A stretch of 64,000 bases of DNA from Sphaerodactylus townsendi (Eukaryota). Positions 62,003 to 64,000 of the stretch are shown piece by piece. Every line of letters begins with the position of its first letter. Position 1 is the first letter of the stretch. Location of the stretch: NCBI RefSeq assembly GCF_021028975.2, contig NC_059435.1, positions 40,176,001 to 40,240,000 on the forward strand, written 5' to 3'. A program made the position numbers and the translations under genes. The notes under the pieces were generated by a model, which was given only the letters and a program-made list of their open reading frames with translations, had not been told where the DNA came from and did not search any database.

Positions 62003-62549
62003 ATGTCTTCCACGGGCGCGCTCAGCAACTACTACGTGGACTCCTTCCTCATCCACGAGAGCGAGGAGCTGGTGCAGTCCCGTTATGGCTCGGCCCCCCT
62101 GGGCCAGCCGGGCCGGCCGGCGAGCCTGAGCGAGCACGCCGAGTTCACCCCCTGCAGCTTCCAGTCCAAGACGTCGGTCTTCAGCGCCTCCTGGAACGCC
62201 GTGCACCCCCCGGGCGCCAGCAATGTGCCCGCCGTGTACCACCCGTACGTGCACCCCCAGGCACCCATGGCAGCGCCCGACGGCAGGTACATGCGCTCGT
62301 GGCTCGAGCCCATGCCGGGCTCCCTGTCTTTCCCCGGCTTGCCCGCCAGCAGGCATTACGGCATTAAACCTGAACCGCTCACGGCCAGGAGGGGTGACTG
62401 TACCACCTTTGACACTCACGCCCTCTCCCTGACTGACTTTGCTTGTGGTTCTCCTCCAGCTGATAGGGATAAGCAAGCCAACGACGGGCCGTTCTCGGAA
62501 AACAATGGAGAGAGCGAGGCCAACGGAGACAAACCCCAGCTCGACCCAA
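62003..62549 (+). CDS. HOXA9: Homeobox A9, coding exon 1
   Basis: MSSTGALSNYYVDSFL...FTPCSFQSK...DGRYMRSWLEP...HYGIKPEPL...DKPQLDP; donor A|GTAAGT at 62550 (phase 1). Confidence 0.98.
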
Positions 62550-63663
62550 GTAAGTCCGGTCCACCGCCTGACGGGCGTCTGGACTTGGGGAGGCGGGTTT
62601 GGCTGAGGACGGTTCGCCAGGCGGCAGGGGACGTGGGAGGGGGTGCGGAGCTGCTGGGACCCTCCAGGAACCAGAAAGCGTGTGGAAGCTCCGTGGCCTC
62701 TGGGTTGTCGGAGGGGCTGGTGGTTGATGGCAGGAGCCTTCTTGAAAGGGCACCAGGTGGAATGGGGCGTGTGAACTCTCAGCAGTTCCTGGACCGCGGT
62801 GCGCGTCATTGGCGTGTTCGGCTGGCTGGGTCCACGCTAGAGCTATAAAGCTAGAGAGGGAAGCGTGAGGCGGGGGAAGGGGGGGCGTCTGAATAACACA
62901 AGTTTCTTTACATAGGGGTGGGGGAGAGAGAAAGAGAGGGGGGGATTCTCTCTGCCAAAACAGAACATTGGATGTGAATCTGATCTCTTTGTGACGAAAG
63001 ATTTACTTAAGGACATCTGAAAGGGAGATCTTTTTTATTTCCACTCCCTCCTCCTTACGGCCCACCTTGCGCAGAACAGCCGGGCCCAAAAAAGAAGGTC
63101 CTGCCACTCAGGTTCATAAGCAAGGCAGGGTTAGCCTTCAGTTTGGTTGGGGGGAAGGGTGTCTGTGAATGTTATTCTCTGTGATGGCGGAGAGCTTCCA
63201 GGGGTGGGTGATAAAGGAGAAGGTCAGAATGGAAAACGGAAACGTTTCCAATGCCATTCTACTCTCGCTGGTCGTCCACCAAGCTTGGGAGGGAAGGAGG
63301 GGGGAATCAGGGGCTCGGCTGGAGACAGGAAGAAAGGCCGGGTGTAAAATGACATTCTAGATAAACGCTATGAAGGAGAGAGGAGCCGGCCACTGGCCTT
63401 TTACTGCAAGCAATTCCATGTGACCTCTCCGTGGGTCTCTCTGTTTTTGGCCATTGTGTCTGACCCATCTTGTATGTCTGTCCAAATGAAAGGGACGTCG
63501 TAAACCGCCAATATCAGGGTACCTACAGGCTTCAAAAGGGAGGTGGCTGGGTGGGGGTGGGGGTGGGGGTGGGAGGCAGAGCGCGCCAAAGAGAGGCACA
63601 ATCGCAGGCTGTTTTGGAGGGACTTTCCGTCTTCTCTAACCTCTTGGCGTCCTTTCTCTGCAG

Positions 63664-63902
63664 ATAACCCATCTGCGAATTGGTTGCATGCGAGATCCAC
63701 CAGGAAAAAACGCTGCCCTTACACGAAGCACCAGACGCTGGAGTTGGAAAAAGAATTCCTGTTCAACATGTATCTCACCAGAGATCGGCGGTATGAAGTG
63801 GCCCGGCTGCTGAATTTAACCGAGAGACAAGTCAAAATCTGGTTTCAGAACCGGAGGATGAAAATGAAGAAAATCAACAAGGACCGAGCAAAGGATGAAT
63901 GA
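63664..63902 (+). CDS. HOXA9: Homeobox A9, coding exon 2 (homeodomain)
   Basis: Acceptor TGCAG|AT; [79 protein letters not shown]; spliced CDS 786 nt, 261 aa. Confidence 0.98.
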
Positions 63903-64000
63903 TGCTCGGGTGTGGGTTTATCCTGCCTCCAACAGCAAAATCTCCTTCTCCAATGCAACACAACTACACACACACACACCATCACACCAGGCGACTGTGT

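Noticed and set aside
38721-62809. Long antisense and alternative-frame ORFs over HOXA11, HOXA10 and HOXA9 exon 1
   Set aside because: Same stop-codon depletion artefact of GC-rich coding exons.
61925-62848. ORF-track ends of the exon-1 ORFs (e.g. HOXA9 61925-62848, HOXA10 to 52886, HOXA13 to 20850)
   Set aside because: They run through splice donors into introns, or begin at non-ATG codons; the true boundaries were set by GT-AG sites.

Overview
Vertebrate genomic DNA covering the posterior half of a HoxA cluster, with all genes on the + strand: about 20 kb of upstream intergenic DNA (the EVX1 side), then HOXA13 (20071-22390), HOXA11 (38748-41394), HOXA10 (51843-54640), a miR-196 hairpin at the miR-196b locus (56991-57078) and HOXA9 (62003-63902). 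Each gene has two coding exons joined by a phase-1 GT-AG intron, and all four spliced frames are intact (323, 318, 417 and 261 aa). The protein sequences and the repeats (L2 LINE, hAT-type MITEs, short palindromic elements, MIR) suggest a squamate reptile, possibly a gecko; this is inference. I found no wholly new gene system. The most notable items are regulatory: (i) upstream ATGs/uORFs directly before all four start codons; (ii) an intact 173-nt HOXA9T exitron; (iii) a distal HOXA10 alternative first exon whose expected ATG reads ATT; (iv) repeated DR0/NR6A1-type nuclear-receptor elements, two of them beside a CTCF site; (v) long poly-Gly and poly-Ala tracts; (vi) a family of short palindromic elements inside the cluster. 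Comparisons to mammalian sequences are from recall, not from alignments run here.
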